Origin: Octopus vulgaris
Lineage: Eukaryota
DNA length: 64,000 nt
NCBI GenBank assembly: GCA_951406725.2
Contig: OX597834.1
Coordinates: forward strand, 35,278,001-35,342,000
Reading direction: 5' to 3'
Below the pieces are notes generated by a model, which saw only the letters and a program-made list of their open reading frames with translations, was not told the origin of the DNA and did no database searches. How positions within the stretch are numbered: position 1 is the first letter of the stretch; every line of letters starts with the position of its first letter. Position numbers and translations under genes: made by a program. Positions 1 through 13,620 of this stretch are shown here, piece by piece.

Positions 1-964
1 CATGCTAAACAACATATTGTATTTTATGGCTTAAAAGACACATGGGCATATTAGACACAGCACTTATTCAACAAAGTTTTTTTTAGAGCATTAAAGCTTA
101 TGCAGGGCCCAACTCTGCATCTAGGATCCAGGGTGGGTTTTTTTTTTTTTTTTAAACATTTTGGTGGGAGAAAAAATGTGTGATCCATATCATCAAATAA
201 GGTGTGTAATAGCTGGATTAACCTATAATCCCTATCTCCAGACTGGATTTTAACTCTTATTATCTCAAGGTATTACATCTGCTTGGTTGGGGTCAGTTGC
301 AGTGCTAAATGGCAATTTGATCTATGTGTGTGTCTGTGTTTGCCCCCCCCCCCTCCATCACTACTTGACAACTGGTGTTGGTGTGTTTACACCCCCATAA
401 CTTAGCAGTGAAAGTTAGTTGTCAGAACCTGCATGAGACCCAGGGTGGGATCATACTTATGTTTGCTTGTTTTAATATCACCCCCTGGTCATTGGGTCCA
501 TTATGTTAACAGTGGCCAAGTTCTTGATTTGAGTTGAATTGACTCCCTTCTTTTCACTAGTCCCAGAGACCCTGAAAAGGGGTCAAATAATGTTGCTTTT
601 CCTCTGATTAAATCTTTAATAAATATTAGATACCAGTCATAGAGTGAACTCTACTGAAACATTTAATTCTAGGGGAAAATTATCTCGACACCATAAAACA
701 GGAGCCTAAAGCCCTCAGGAACCTTATGGCTCTCTCTCTCTTGCTACTATTGCTCAGTTTTCTAGTGTTCTACCTTCCCATTTTGATGGCCACACCTTCT
801 CCATCAGCGTTATTAAAACTAATATCAAGGCCACACCCCCTACATCTGTGTTGTGCCAACCTGAAATCATGACCACACCTTTTCCAGTGTTGTGTCATCA
901 TCATAGCTACATCTCTTCCATCAGAGTTGAGTCAAGTCAATGTTATGATCAGAACCACTTCTGA

Positions 965-1385
965 GCTAGGGTGTACAGAAGCAATGTAGACTTATAGTGC
1001 ATCACCTCAAACATGCTGTGATGTGAGATAAATCTCTCCTGGGATATGACACCAGTATATCACTGGTAACATACCCATTGACAGCTGGGTGAACTGAGAT
1101 AATGTAGAATATAGTGTACCACCACAGACACACTGTGATGAGAGATAAATCTATTTATGGATATGATACCAGTCTATCAGGCGTAGCATTCCTAGATGCT
1201 CTCGTGGTACCTAATAGTAGCTAGGTGAACTGAGGTAATGGAGAGTACAGTGTGCTAACCACAGAGGCATTGTGGTGAAAGATGAATCTGTCCATGGATA
1301 TGATTCCAGTCTATCAGAAGTAACACTCTTTGATGATCTTGTGGAACCTGTTAACAACTAGGTATACTGAGGCAATGTAGAATAT
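965..1385. repeat. Degenerate ~110-140-bp tandem repeat, 3-4 copies, SINE-derived
   Basis: Recurring GGTGAACTGAG.(C/T)AATGTAGA..ATAGTG...GATATGATACCAGTCTATCA. Confidence 0.6.
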
Positions 1386-2876
1386 ACGAAGTCTGATCAA
1401 AAGCTATCAGGACTGCTACTATAAAAAGAAACGGACAGCACATATCAATTTGGTATTTCATATCCTTATGAGTGAATTTGAGAGGTATAGAAACTATGTG
1501 GAAGTGGCGAGCTGGCAGAAACGTTAGCACGCCGGGCGAAATGTTTAGCGGTATTTCATCTGCCGTTACATTCTGAGTTCAAATTCTGCCGAGGTCAACT
1601 TTGCCTTTCATCCTTTCGGGGTCGATAAATTAAGTACCAGTTACGCACTGGGGTTGATGTAATCGACTTATCCCTTTTTCTGTCCTTGTTTGTCCCCTTT
1701 GTGTTTAGCCCCCAGTGGGCAATAAGGAAATAAGACACTGTGGAAGCCTGTTGCGTATATATAAATGTGTGTGTGTTTCTTGGGTTGTTGACATTCTCAT
1801 AACTTAGTGGTTTGGCAAAAGAAACCGATAAAAATAAGGACCAGACTTGAAAAATGACATTACGTACTGGTGTTAATTTGGTCAACTAAACTCTTCGAGT
1901 CAGTGCCCCAGCATGGCCACGATCCAAAGACTGAAGACTGAAGCAAAGTAAAAGGTTATAGAATTTAAATATCTCAACAGTTTTGTTATAAAATTATAAT
2001 TTTTCTTGTTAGTTAATCTCGGATTATACTGATTGTTTCTCATTGTCTGGTACTCACATTACCGTACTTTATTTATCGAAGGGCTAAGTTTATCACAGTT
2101 GTGTCCTTTTTTTTTGAGAATTACTTCCCTTTTACTGACTTTAGTATGAGCTATTTACACCGGAATACACAGGTAGGTAGGTAGGTAGGTGTCACGGCCT
2201 TTTCCCCAGGTTTTATTTATGAAATTTCACTCACAAAGTATTAATCAACATGAAGTACTGGGAGGAAAAAAAAAACCTTGTCTAAGGTACTACATGGGGT
2301 TGATGTAATCAACTTAATCCCTTTGTCTGTCCTTGTTTGTCCCCTCTATGTTTAGCCCCTTGTGGGCAGTAAAGAAATATATACTGAGAATCTATGGATC
2401 TCATCTGTTGACTATATAATGACAAAATCATCATCGTTTAACGTCCGTTTTCCGCGCTAGCACAGGTTGGACGGTTCGACTGGGGTCTGGGAAGCCAGGG
2501 GCTGCACCAGGCTTCATTCTGATCTGGCAGTGTTTCTACAGCTGGATGCCCTTCCTAACGCCAACCACTCCGCGAGTGTAGTGGGTGCTTTTTACGTGCC
2601 ACCTGCACAGGTGCCAGGGGGGTCTGGCATCGGCCACGATCAGTTGGTGCTTTTAACGTGCCACCGGCACATAAGCCAGTCGAGGCGGCGCTGGCAACGG
2701 CCACGTTCGGATGGTGCTTTTTATGTGCCACCGGTGTAGGTATCACAACTACTATTTCCATGCGTATATAATTGTATAAATAACTATTTGACAGTTTATT
2801 ATTATTATCATTATTGTTGTTATTTTGTAATATTTTATTACAACTTTTCTTTTTTTTCTTTTTTGTCTCTTTTCAG

Positions 2877-3349
2877 AAAAGTGTGAAAACACTATGCAGA
2901 CTAAGATCGATAGAGAACTGGAACACCAATTTGAACAGGGCCAAGAACACAAACGTCTGAGCGGCAAACACGGTCACACGGGGCTCGGATTCAAACCAGA
3001 AGAAGAAGAAACCCAGCAGGAGGCAGCACTGGTGTCAGCAGCGAAGAAGATGCGCAAGGACAACTCGTCCGCCACGGGCGGCGGCGGCGACAACAGCAGC
3101 AGCAACCAGTTCCCCGGCGACGACGACGAGGATGATGAGGACGAGGAAGAGGACGAAGAGGAGGAGGACGAGGAGGAAGACGAAGACAAGTCCCTGGACG
3201 GCGTCGACGACGAGGAGCTGAGCGACGAAGAGGAAGACGAGGAGGACGACGTAGAAGATGACATCAGCGAGGAGGATGAGGATGGTGATGGCGGCGGCAA
3301 AGTAGGATCGGATGCAAAAAAGGCCAACGTTGTCGAGAAGGGCCATTAG
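2877..3349 (+). CDS. Terminal coding exon of a small acidic protein (SMAP/C11orf58-like); upstream exons not identified
   Basis: A long polypyrimidine tract and TTTCAG acceptor end at 2876. The translation KIDRELEHQFEQGQEHKRLSGKHGHTGLGF resembles the SMAP-domain motif of human C11orf58 ([30 protein letters not shown], recalled from memory). A D/E-rich tail and TAG follow. The exon is a GC-rich island in an AT-rich context. Confidence 0.8.
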
Positions 3350-3469
3350 TGAAACATTGGATTTATATTTCCTAAAACATTTTACATTTCTTGTCATCTC
3401 ATTTTCCATGTCCATGTCACCTGTGTCGTTTTTAACCAATGTCTGGTCAGTCCTTCTTGGCTGACCACA

Positions 3470-3475
3470 AATAAA
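3470..3475 (+). promoter_or_regulatory. Candidate polyadenylation signal of the SMAP-like gene
   Basis: AATAAA about 120 nt after the stop codon. Confidence 0.45.
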
Positions 3476-3659
3476 ACAATGTCATTAGTTAGTCGTATTT
3501 GCAATTCATATATACACACTCACATACACACATATATATATATATACACCCACACATATATATATATGTTTTCACTTCACATTTCTATACATCCAATCCC
3601 TTTCTCTATTACACTCTCTCTCTTCCTCTCTTTATACATAGATATACATACATCCATAT

Positions 3660-3952
3660 ATGAAAGAATGGAGTTGAACGACGAATAACAAAATTCCTTT
3701 ATTCTCGACATATGTTTCGAAGGCTGCATATTCCTAATTTCGAAGGAATAAGGGGTGCATTATGCCGCCTTCTCATCAGGTAAAACAAGGAACTTATGTC
3801 AGCATCAAGATGCACAAAAACTTTTAGATGACTGACATAAGTTCCTTGTTTTTCCTGATGAGAAGGCGGCATAATGCACCCCTTATTCCTTCGAAACATA
3901 TGTCGAGAATAAAGGAATTTTGTTAATTCGTTGTTCAAATCCATTCTTTCAT
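3660..3952. mobile_element. Palindromic Penelope-like end (pLTR-like) element carrying an HHR on each arm
   Basis: Long inverted repeat (ATGAAAGAATGGA...TCCATTCTTTCAT) with a hammerhead on both strands. Confidence 0.65.
3850..3909 (+). ncRNA. Minimal type-I hammerhead ribozyme motif with a canonical core
   Basis: Stem I TTTTC/GAGAA, CTGATGA (3855-3861), stem II GAAGG/CCTTC, GAAA, palindromic ACATATGT stem III, GTC cleavage triplet (C3904). A mirror copy with a longer stem II lies on the - strand at about 3702-3786. Confidence 0.75.
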
Positions 3953-5196
3953 TTATTTGTAATTAAAAAAACACACAAATTTCCACACGAAAGCACGTGA
4001 TCTCTGCCCTTGGCAAGTAGCTTCAACCATGTTTTTCTGACGTGAATTTGCTACCCAGGTATCGGTTAACCGAATTATCCATAAGATAATTCATTCAACT
4101 ACTCAAATACATCCATATATGTGTATGTATGTATATTACCTCATATATATATATATATATGTAATGTTTTCATTTCACATTTTTATACACCCTAGCTCTA
4201 TCTCTATATCTTTCTATAAATATTTACATGAATATCACACACTGGTTTCTCCTGCTCTCATCCTTGTTCTTCCCTCTAAACAAACATAAATGATATCTCC
4301 TTAATATCACAGTGGTTTTTTTTCTACTCTATCTCCTGATATCATACAGTGTTCTCTCCCCTGATATTACAGACTCCCCCCTCCTTCCCATCCAGTATCA
4401 AACAGTGTATTTTCTCCCCCACCCAACCCACCCCCGATATCAAACAGTACCCTACATACACCCCTTCGTATCATATCACAAAGAGGTTTTTTTTTTAATA
4501 TCATTATTTCTTTTCTTTGATATCTTCTAATATCATAGTACATTTCCCCACTGATATCACAAGGCAGTTTTTTTCCTCTAATATCTTCCTCATATCAAAG
4601 AATAAACTCACCCCTCTCCTTCTCTCCATTCTTCCTTCTATATCACAATTTTTATTATTATAATTTTTTTTTTACATCTCCAATATCTTATGATATCACA
4701 CAGTGTGTTTCTCCTTTGATATCTTTATAATATCACAGAGATGTTTTCCTCTGATTTCACACTATTTTTCCCCCCCGCAAATATCACCTGATATCAGAGA
4801 GTGGTTTTTTTTATCTGATATCTCAGCTAGTACCCTACATACCATACTGTTCGATATTCTTCACTGTTTCTCTGCATTTCCCAAAGCGAGATTCCACACG
4901 TGATCTATCATTATCTGGTATTGATTTTATTTTCATATTTCTTTCTTCCTTTCTGTCTTTCTTTTTTTTTTTCTATAATTATTTTAGAGTTCTTCAAACA
5001 AAACCACAATAATAATTTGACAAATTTTGGGGTAAATACTCCATTCCTCTTCCTCCTCCCACCCGACCTCTACTCTTCCATGTCTTTTATAAATTAAGTT
5101 ATAATAATATTTGTTTATTGGACAAATAATTGAGAAATGTTTCATCTGAAATCACTTGCTTTCTCCTGCATCATCTGTGTATGTGTTGCGTGTGAG

Positions 5197-5229
<33 letters not shown>

Positions 5230-5680
5230 GCATGCACATACATATGTGTGAAGGGGGTATGCATATTGTATTTGATAACATGAAAGAAGCGTTGGTATAT
5301 TGGCTGCACCCAAATATTCTGCAGTGCATAGATGGTGTCAGGGACAATATTTGCTTATGGCTGGTTCATCTTGGTGTATAGGAACTAGGGTGGTTTCAAT
5401 GAGATATATTTGGGGTATGTGTGTTGGGGGGTGTCTTGTATTGCCATGAAATACAGTATACATATGTTTGTATATATATTTACACACACATGCATAAATA
5501 TAAATATATATATATATATGGATGGATCCAAACAGTTTGATTCAAATTCGTTGGTACTTTTGAGTTTCAAGTGCGATGCTAGTCATCAGCCATTTGTTTG
5601 TCTGTATGTATGTATGTGTGTATATATATATATATATATATTAGATGAAAAGTGGTTGTGAGTCCATACAAATCAAAAAT

Positions 5681-5915
5681 TATAGTTAAAGAACGTAAAT
5701 GAAGTTGGAAAAGGCATGGAAGTATATTTTAGAGAATGTTTAATAAAACATTAGAGATATTAGAATTTTGGTGGAGAGTCAGAGAGAAAATACCATTTTT
5801 AATATTTACCATATTTGCTAAGATGGATACATTGAAACCGGTAATATTTTATTAAACATTCTCTAAAATATACATCCATGCCTCTTCCAACTTTACTTTA
5901 CTTTTTTTAACTATA
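5681..5915. mobile_element. Inverted-repeat Penelope-like end with a decayed HHR
   Basis: Inverted arms of about 70 bp. Internal CT-AAGA...GAAACCGGTA (5818-5843) lacks G5. TA tracts lie on both sides. Confidence 0.5.
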
Positions 5916-6309
5916 CATATATATATATATATATAAACATATATATATATAAACATGTGTGTTTGCATCAAACTATACGTGCATATGTATGTGTACCTTA
6001 TATATTTGTGTGGGTGTGTATGGTGGGCCGAAAGTCATGCAAAAAATAAGTTCTCTACACTCCGGAATTGTCAAAGACATGCTTCAAGTTTTCTAAAATT
6101 GAATAAAATAAATAAAATAATGGTGTATACACACATACTTGCACATGATAAACAAAATGAATAATAACAACAATAATAATAATATGAATAAAATGTCAGA
6201 TATTTTGGTGTATGACTTTTGGCTCACTCTGTGTATGTATGTGTGTGTGTGTATGTATATATATATATATATATATCCATACACAGATTACTATGTGTGT
6301 GTGTGTAGA

Positions 6310-6610
6310 CATGACTCCACTGTTGGTTTCAACATGAGGATCTAACAACCTGCACTTTCTTAGCCAGCCATAATGCTTATGTCGTCAAATGTGACATTTG
6401 AGGCCTGTGCCACCAATTTACAAAGTGGGCCACAGATGTTGCAAGTATAAGGATTACGGGTCAGTGCAGGCGGTGCTTTTGCAGCCGCTCTTCTCCTTTG
6501 TCTTGCAACCATTCACCTGTTAATGCTGGTTGAAACAGTCTCTTGTACCCATTTTGACACGATGATCTCCATTCTGTTCGCTCCAGGGCTGTTTGCTCAA
6601 AGCTGTTGCG
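6310..6610 (-). mobile_element. Possible 3' relic of an RTE-type LINE
   Basis: FEQTALERTEWRSSC resembles the WExxAxDRxxWR motif at the C-terminus of RTE-clade ORF2; heavily decayed. Confidence 0.4.
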
Positions 6611-6716
6611 AGCCGCCACAATGACTGCTGAGAACTTACATTTCAGTTTGTCTTTGTGTGTAAATGTGTATATATGTATGTACATGTGTGTATATGTGTG
6701 TGTGTGTGTGTGTTAA

Positions 6717-6946
6717 GGCGGCGAGCTGGCAGAAACGTTAGCACACCGGGCGAAATGCTTAGCAGTATTTCGTCTGTCGCTACGTTCTGAGTTCAATTTC
6801 CGCCGAGGTCGACTTTGCCTTTCATCCTTTCGGGGTCGATTAAATAAGTACCAGTTACGCACTGGGGTCGGTATAATCAATTTAGTCCGTTTGTCTGTCC
6901 TTGTTTGTCCTCTCTGTGTTTAGCCCCTTGTGGGTAGTAAAGAATA
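6717..6946 (+). mobile_element. tRNA-derived SINE family B (other copies at about 1504-1731, 18861-19081, 26503-26732, 29984-30216, 31596-31824(-), 48992-49211(-))
   Basis: GGCGGCGAGCTGGCAGAAACGTTAGC..GAGTTCAAATTCC..CCTTTCGGGGTCGATAAAT..GCCCCTTGTGGG..AAAGAAAT; highly similar copies of about 230 bp. Confidence 0.85.
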
Positions 6947-6969
6947 ATATATGTGTGTCTGTCTATCTA

Positions 6970-7005
<36 letters not shown>

Positions 7006-7971
7006 CACATATTTTTTATGTGTGTGTGTTCAGTTTAGAAGAATGTCCTTCAGAAATACATGGTCGAGTGATGGTTGGGTTTTAGGGGTTTGAGGAATTC
7101 TTTCATGTATTTATTTTATGAAAAAAACTTAAATCCAACTTCGACTGAGAGGGTCGGGGAAAAGGGTTTGATGTCATTTTATACTCCAAACTTTTAATTC
7201 CATAATTCTTTGTTTCACCATAGCCAAATAACTGCCCCTGACAACAACAACAACAATCTTTTGGTTTTCTTTTTAGTCTTATAAAAAAAAAAAAAAAATA
7301 GGGATCTCTTTGATACCAGTTCCTTCCTGTCAGGAATGTCTTTTGAAAAGAAAAGAAATATTTTCATTGCTAAAACTTCTTCATTTGATACATGCATAGC
7401 TTAGAATCATTTTAATTCTTTTAATTTAATTTTCTTTTTTTGGTTAATTAATTTGGATTATTTTAAAATTTGTTAATCATTTAGGTGCAAATGTTTTGAT
7501 GTAGAAAACATGAAGTCTGCTAAAAAAAAAAAAAAGTCGAATTTGAATTTTTGGAAATTATGATAATAAAATATTTCTAAAAGATTTATTAATAATAAGA
7601 ATGATGATAAGTATAATGATAATAATAATAATAATCAAAGTTATCATCCTCATCACCATCATCATTTTAATGTCTATTTTTCCATGCTTGCATGAGTTAG
7701 GCTTATTCCTAAAAGATTTAGAATTAATAATAATAAGAAGAAAGGTTTCGAATTTTGGCACAAAGCCAGCATTATTGTGGATGAAGTCTGTTACTTATTT
7801 TATCAACCCTGAAAGGATGGAGACAAAGTCAACCATGGCAGAATTTGAACTCAGAACATTGAGAGCTGGAAAATAATACTTATAATAATGGTTTCAAAAT
7901 GATGTGAGGTCCAAGAGCGTCACATATGGCACATTCATACATACAAACATATATATATATTCATACATACA

Positions 7972-8350
7972 GGCGCAGGAGTGGCTGTGTGGTAAGTAGC
8001 TTGCTTACCAACCACATGGTTCCGGGTTCAGTCCCACTGCGTGGCACTTTGGGCAAGTGTCTTCTGCTATAGCCCCGGGCCAACCAATGCCTTGTGAGTG
8101 GATTTGGTAGACGGAAACTGAAAGAAGCCTGTCGTATATATATATGTATGTGTGTGTCTGTGTTTGTCCCCCTAGCATTGCTTGACAACCGATGCTGGTG
8201 TGTTTACATCCCCGTCACTTAGCGGTTTGGCAAAAGAGAACGATAGAATAAGTACTGGGCTTACAAAGAATATGTCTCGGGGTCGATTTGCTCGACTAAA
8301 GGCGGTGCTCCAGCATGGCTACAGTCAAATGACTGAAACAAGTAAAAGAG
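7972..8350 (+). mobile_element. tRNA-derived SINE family A (other copies at about 8364-8706, 8780-9105(-), 14136-14510, 16280-16627, 25841-26241(-), 40607-41010, 42175-42575(-), 54318-54691(-), 55163-55555, 58049-58459)
   Basis: GGCGCAGGAGTGGCTGTGTGGTAAG..GGTTCAGTCCC head (A/B-box-like), an internal TA/TG tract, and a 3' end CAGTCAAATGACTGAAACAAGTAAAAGAG, repeated throughout the window. Confidence 0.85.
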
Positions 8351-8709
8351 TACATACATGTATAGGCGCAGGTGTGGCTGTGTAAATAAGAAGTTTGCTT
8401 CTTAACCACATGGTTCCAGGTTCAATCCCACTGCATGCCACCTTGGGCAAGTGTCTTCTACTACAGCTTTCGGCCAACCAAAGCCTTGTGAGTGGATTTG
8501 ATGGATGGAAACTGAAAGAAACCTGTCGTATATATCTCTCTGTTTGTGTCTGTGTTTATGTCCCTGTAACTTAGCAGTTCGGCGAAAGAGACCAGTCAAA
8601 TAAGTACTAGGCTTTAAAAAATAAAACCTGGGAGCAATTCTTCAACTTAAACCCGTCAAGATGATGCCCCAGCATGGCTGCAGTCAAATGACTGAAACAA
8701 GTAAAAGAT

Positions 8710-8752
<43 letters not shown>

Positions 8753-11052
8753 CTATCTCTCTCTATATATATCTTTCTTTTTTACTTGTTTCAGTCATTT
8801 GACTGCGGCCATGCTGGAGCAACGCCTTTTAGTCAAGCAAATCGACCGCAGGTCTTATTCTTTGTAAGCCTAGTACTTATTCTATCGGTCTCTTTTGCCG
8901 AACCGCTAAGTAACAGGGACGTAAACACACCAGCATTGGTTGTCAAGCGATGTTGAGGGGACAAACACACACATATATATATATACGACAGGCTTCTTTC
9001 AGTTTCCGTCTACCAAATCCACTCACAAGGCTTTGGTCGGCCCGATGCTATAGTAGGAGACACTTTTCCAAGGTTCCACGCAGTGGGACTGAACCATTCC
9101 TGCGCCTATAAATATATATATATGCATATATTTGATAAGTGACATGTTTGAACTTTGAGTCACTTTGTAAGATCTGTCAATGACACACACACACACACAT
9201 AGACTCACGTGTGTTTGTGTGAGTCGGTGGTGGAGTCTTCTTCTCTTGATGTTACCCAATAGTTATGAAGGTGTCACCATCATTCAAGCAGTGTTGTTCG
9301 TTTCCAACTTTTTGCGGAAACTTCTCTGGTTCTGGGGGGGAGATATTAACTTTGTTTGGAAATAAGTCTGTGTGCACACAGAATGTAAAGACAGACAAAA
9401 TACCACTGAGTACTTCATCCGGCATGCTGACGTTTCTGCCAGCTTGCCACCTTTCTTTTGTTGATATAATGTTGGACATAATATACAAACCAGAAGCTTT
9501 CTGCAAGTCACAGTACTTGACATATCTCAACAGAAGATAGATTGCTATAGAGAACTGATTCCTGAAGTTGAAAGGTTAACATCTGTTTCTTCATGCCAGC
9601 ATAGGTTCAGAGAAGTTATTTGAGGTTAGGTTTTTGCAGCTAGATACCTTTCCTATCTACAGTAGGGAGTGTTGCTTCATTTAATCCGTTAACTTCAGAA
9701 TTAACTTCCATCGTTATTCCAGTAATGATGTACCAAAAATTAGAATTGATATTTTCTGCAAGTCTAAATAAACATGTCATATCTCCAAAGAAAAGAGAAA
9801 AAAAGTTTCAAACATAACATTCCTCAACCAAATATAGGTTGGTGTACAAAACTGATTTCTGCCGTAAAAGGGTTAACATCTGTTTCTCCAAGCTAGCATG
9901 GGTTTGAACAAGGAGTTATTTGAGACAAGGCTTTTTACAGTTGGATACCCTTCCTATCATCAACTATGTAGACAGTATTGCTTTGTATAACCCTTTCATT
10001 GTGAAATTAAATAATTACTGGGATCAATTTGTTTGACTAAGCCCTTCAAGGTGGCGCCACAGTCCAGTGATTGAAATGGAGACGTAATTTAAGAAATAAA
10101 ATTTACAAAGTTTAAAGTAAGGAAATTTAATGGAGAATAATTTTCACTGTTGGATCCAAACTGATGCTCCATCAGTTATGACTAATGAGTGTTCCAGTTG
10201 ATCCAATCAACAGAACGCCCTGCTTGTGAAATTAATATGCAAGTGGCTGAGTACTTCCCTGCATGACACAGAATGTGACAAGGCTGACCCTTTGAATTAC
10301 AGGTACTACTCATTTTTGCCGGCTGAGTGAACTGGAGTAAGGTGGAATAAAGAGTCTTGCTTAAGCCCACAATGCGCTGTCAGGAATTGAACTCATGACG
10401 TTATGATCGTGAGCCGAATACCTTCACCACTTAGCCATGTGCCTTCCCTATGATCTATATAAGACAATGCAAAATGGACATTGGCAGGAAGGGAGATAAT
10501 TCAACTGGATGTAAATACCACAAGGTATTTCTGTTGAAATGTACCAGTTTCCAACCCACATCATCACCATTCTTTTAAGCTCTGGTTTACCATGCTTGCA
10601 TGGGACCGACAGTTTGTTGAAGCAGGCTGCCTATGTTTAGATGCCCTTCCTGTCACCAACCCTCATCTATTCCCCTCCCCCCATGGTCAGATATGTTTTC
10701 ATAGAAGAATAGATATTAACACTCCTTGTATTACAGTAGAACTTGTCTACAATTATCATGCGATATAAAAAAAGGAAACAAACATACAAACACACACACA
10801 CATCACATAATCACATGACTGACCAGACTATCAGGTGTTACACATCACTGGTCACAATGAGAGGCCTTAGGGTAAACTTGCCAATGACGAAGATTTCGGT
10901 AAGTAAGAAAGGAAACAGAAATCTGGGAGAAAGCCATATTTGATAAGCAGAAGAGGAATAAGTATAAATTCTTTAAGCCATGTCCGATGTAAGCTATGGA
11001 TGGACACACACCAGAGGTGTAGTGGGATCTCACATTAACATCCACATACAAT

Positions 11053-11263
11053 GGTGTGCTGGAAAGTCCCTGGTTTTAAGGGTATCACGAAAGGTCTGTT
11101 TGGAGGCCTGACCTGCCAGGTTCTTTTTTACGGGGCTTGGAAAACCAAAGGACTGCTGCCGTGTGTGTAAATCTGAGAGGGGAATATGTTGAATAAAATC
11201 ATATTCAACTGATCCTCCTGTATTTTATTTTTACTCAAAACCAGGAACTTCTCAGCATCCCCT
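11053..11263. mobile_element. mariner-derived MITE (related copy at about 14566-14772)
   Basis: Imperfect TIRs GTGCTGGAAAGTCCCTGGTTTT / AAAACCAGGAACTTCTCAGCA and a shared internal GAGGGGAATATGTTGAATAAAATC. Confidence 0.55.
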
Positions 11264-11547
11264 TAGACACACATACACATATACATCGTTGCTATTATGC
11301 AAAAGTGTCGTAAGTCCAAAACTTTGCTTTTTTCAGAAAGCACAAAAATAGTTTCACCATTCCATAGCAAAACCGTTGTATTACACTTTGACAATTTTTG
11401 ATACCTTGGCATCTGAAGCAGCTGGAGATAGGGATAGTTTGACCAAAACAACCGGCTGTTGCAAACAAAAATAATATTGAAATAAAAAAATGCATTTGAC
11501 CAAATTTGGATACGCGACAGTTTAACATAATAGCAATGATTATATAT

Positions 11548-11840
11548 ATCATCATCATCGTTTAACGTCCGTTCTCCATGCTAGCATGGGTTGGACTGTT
11601 CGACCGAGGATCTGGGAAGCCAGAAGGCTGCACCAGGCTCCAGTCTTATCTGGCAATGTTTCTACAGCTGGATGCCCTTCCTAACGCCAACCACTCCGTG
11701 AGTGTAGTGGGTGCTTTTTACGTGCCACCCGCACAGGTGCCAGGCGAGGCTGGCAACGGCCACGGTCGGATTGGTGCATTTTACGTGCCACCGGCACGGA
11801 AGCCAGTCGAGGCGGCGCTGGCATTGGCCACGATTCGGAT
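11548..11840 (-). mobile_element. Retroposon family C with a (GAT)n tail (other copies at about 2428-2740, 12728-12930, 14786-15040, 34612-34890, 37903-38057, 40140-40380(+), 44712-44882(+), 59132-59340, 61500-61690)
   Basis: Recurrent GGAGTGGTTGGCGTTAGGAAGGGCATCCAGCTGTAGAAAC..CCAACCCATGCTAGCATGG..GGACGTTAAA(TGA)n 3' end. It is the source of the repeated 'FLQLDALPNANH' pseudo-ORFs. Confidence 0.8.
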
Positions 11841-13019
11841 AGTATATATATACCCAAAGCCAGGAACTTTTCTACACCTCATATATACATATATGATAGG
11901 CTTTCTGTTTCTATTTATCAAATCACAAAGCTTTGTTTAGCCCATGGCTTTAGTGGAAGACACTTGCCCAAGATGTTATGCAATGGGATTGGACCCCAAC
12001 ATTATGTGGCTAGGAGGAAAACTACTTAACTGCCCATCTACATAATTTTCTTCACCAAATGTCCCTCACAAAGTAAAGGTCAGCCCTAATCTATGGTGGA
12101 AGATACCCGCCTCTAAAATACCATGCAGTGGAATTGAACTTGGAACCATGTGCTTATGCAGCGAACTTCTTAACCACACAGCTATGCCTGTGTTGTTCGA
12201 GGAGTTCTTTCCTGGGAAAGAATTTAAAACTAAGAAATAACACCAGAGCATGGTAGTGTGGTAAGAAGTTCACTTCCAACCACATGGTTCTGGGTTCAGC
12301 CCCACTGCATGGCACCTTGGCCTATAGTCTTCTACTACAGCCCTGGGCCAACCAAATCCTTGTGAGTGGATTTGGTTGATAGAAACTGAAAGAAGCCTGT
12401 CCTATGTGACTTTATTGTTTGGGTTTGTTCGCACCACTGCTTGACATCTGGTGTTGGTTTGTTTATGTCCCTGTAACTTCAGCAAGAGGCTGATAGAATA
12501 AGTGCCAAACTTAAAAAAAAAAAAATTACTGGTGGTAGGGATTTCAAGTCGGTGCCCCAGCATGGCCACAGTCTAATGACTAAAATAAGTAAAAGGAAAG
12601 AATCCAAACAGCTCAAGATTTTGCGGATGAGAAATGAATTTTCTCTGGGATAGGAAGATAACCTCTCTATCATGTAAATAGCAAAAGAATGAATGAAAGC
12701 CACAGCAGCGCCAAGGCTAGAATTGAACATCATCATCATTGTTTAACGTCTGTTTTCTGTGCTAGCAGGGGTTGGACTGTTCGACCGGGGTCTGGGAAGC
12801 CAGGAGGCTGCACCAGGCCCAGTCTGATCAGGCAGTGTTTCTACAGCTGGATGCCCTTCCTAACGCCAACCACTCCGAGAGTGTAGTAGGTGCTTTTTAT
12901 GTGCCACCAGCACAGGTGCCAGGGGAGTCTGCAAACATATTTTAAAAGAAGGTAAAACACTGAAATATAAAACAGGAGTAATATATGAGAAAGGTGAGCT
13001 AACAAGGGGCTTCTATGTC

Positions 13020-13620
13020 CTGCTAGAGATAGCAGCCAGATCTCACTCAAATGACATGACCTAATGAGGGAGCCTCAACATAATTGCTCGACTTGCTGGA
13101 AATAGCAGCCAAATCACACAAGTAAACAAGGGCCCTGCTATATAGTTTTCTGACTTGCTAGAAATAGCAACCAAATCACTTGTGCCAATGAGGAGCCCTC
13201 TAGGTGGTTTTCTGGCTTACTAGAAATAGCAGCTAAATCACATGAATCAATATATTGGACCCTTTGCGGTTTTCTGACTTACTAGAAATAGCACCCAAAT
13301 TACATGAGCCAATGAGATCCCTCTATGTGGTTTTCTGACTTGCTAGAAACAGTAGCCAAATCACAAACCAGCAATAGGCCCCTGTATGTGATTTTCTCGC
13401 TTGCTAGAAATAGCAGCCAAATTACAAACCAATGACACCCCCCCCCCGCTATGTGGTTTTCTGGTTTGCTAGAAATAGCAGCCAAATCGCAAACCAATGA
13501 CAGGTCCCCTCCATGTGGTTTTCTGACTTGCTAGAAATAGCAGTCAAATCACAAACCAACGACAGGCCTCTCTAAGTGGTTTTCTGACTTGCTAGAAACA
13601 GCAGCCAAATCACCTTCAAA
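13020..13620. repeat. ~58-bp degenerate minisatellite, about 10 copies
   Basis: Core TTTTCTGACTTGCTAGAAATAGCAGCCAAATCAC. Confidence 0.85.

Noticed and set aside
2974-3439. Antisense ORFs (poly-Ser, hydrophobic) opposite the SMAP-like exon
   Set aside because: These are shadow frames of GAR/GAY-rich acidic coding sequence.
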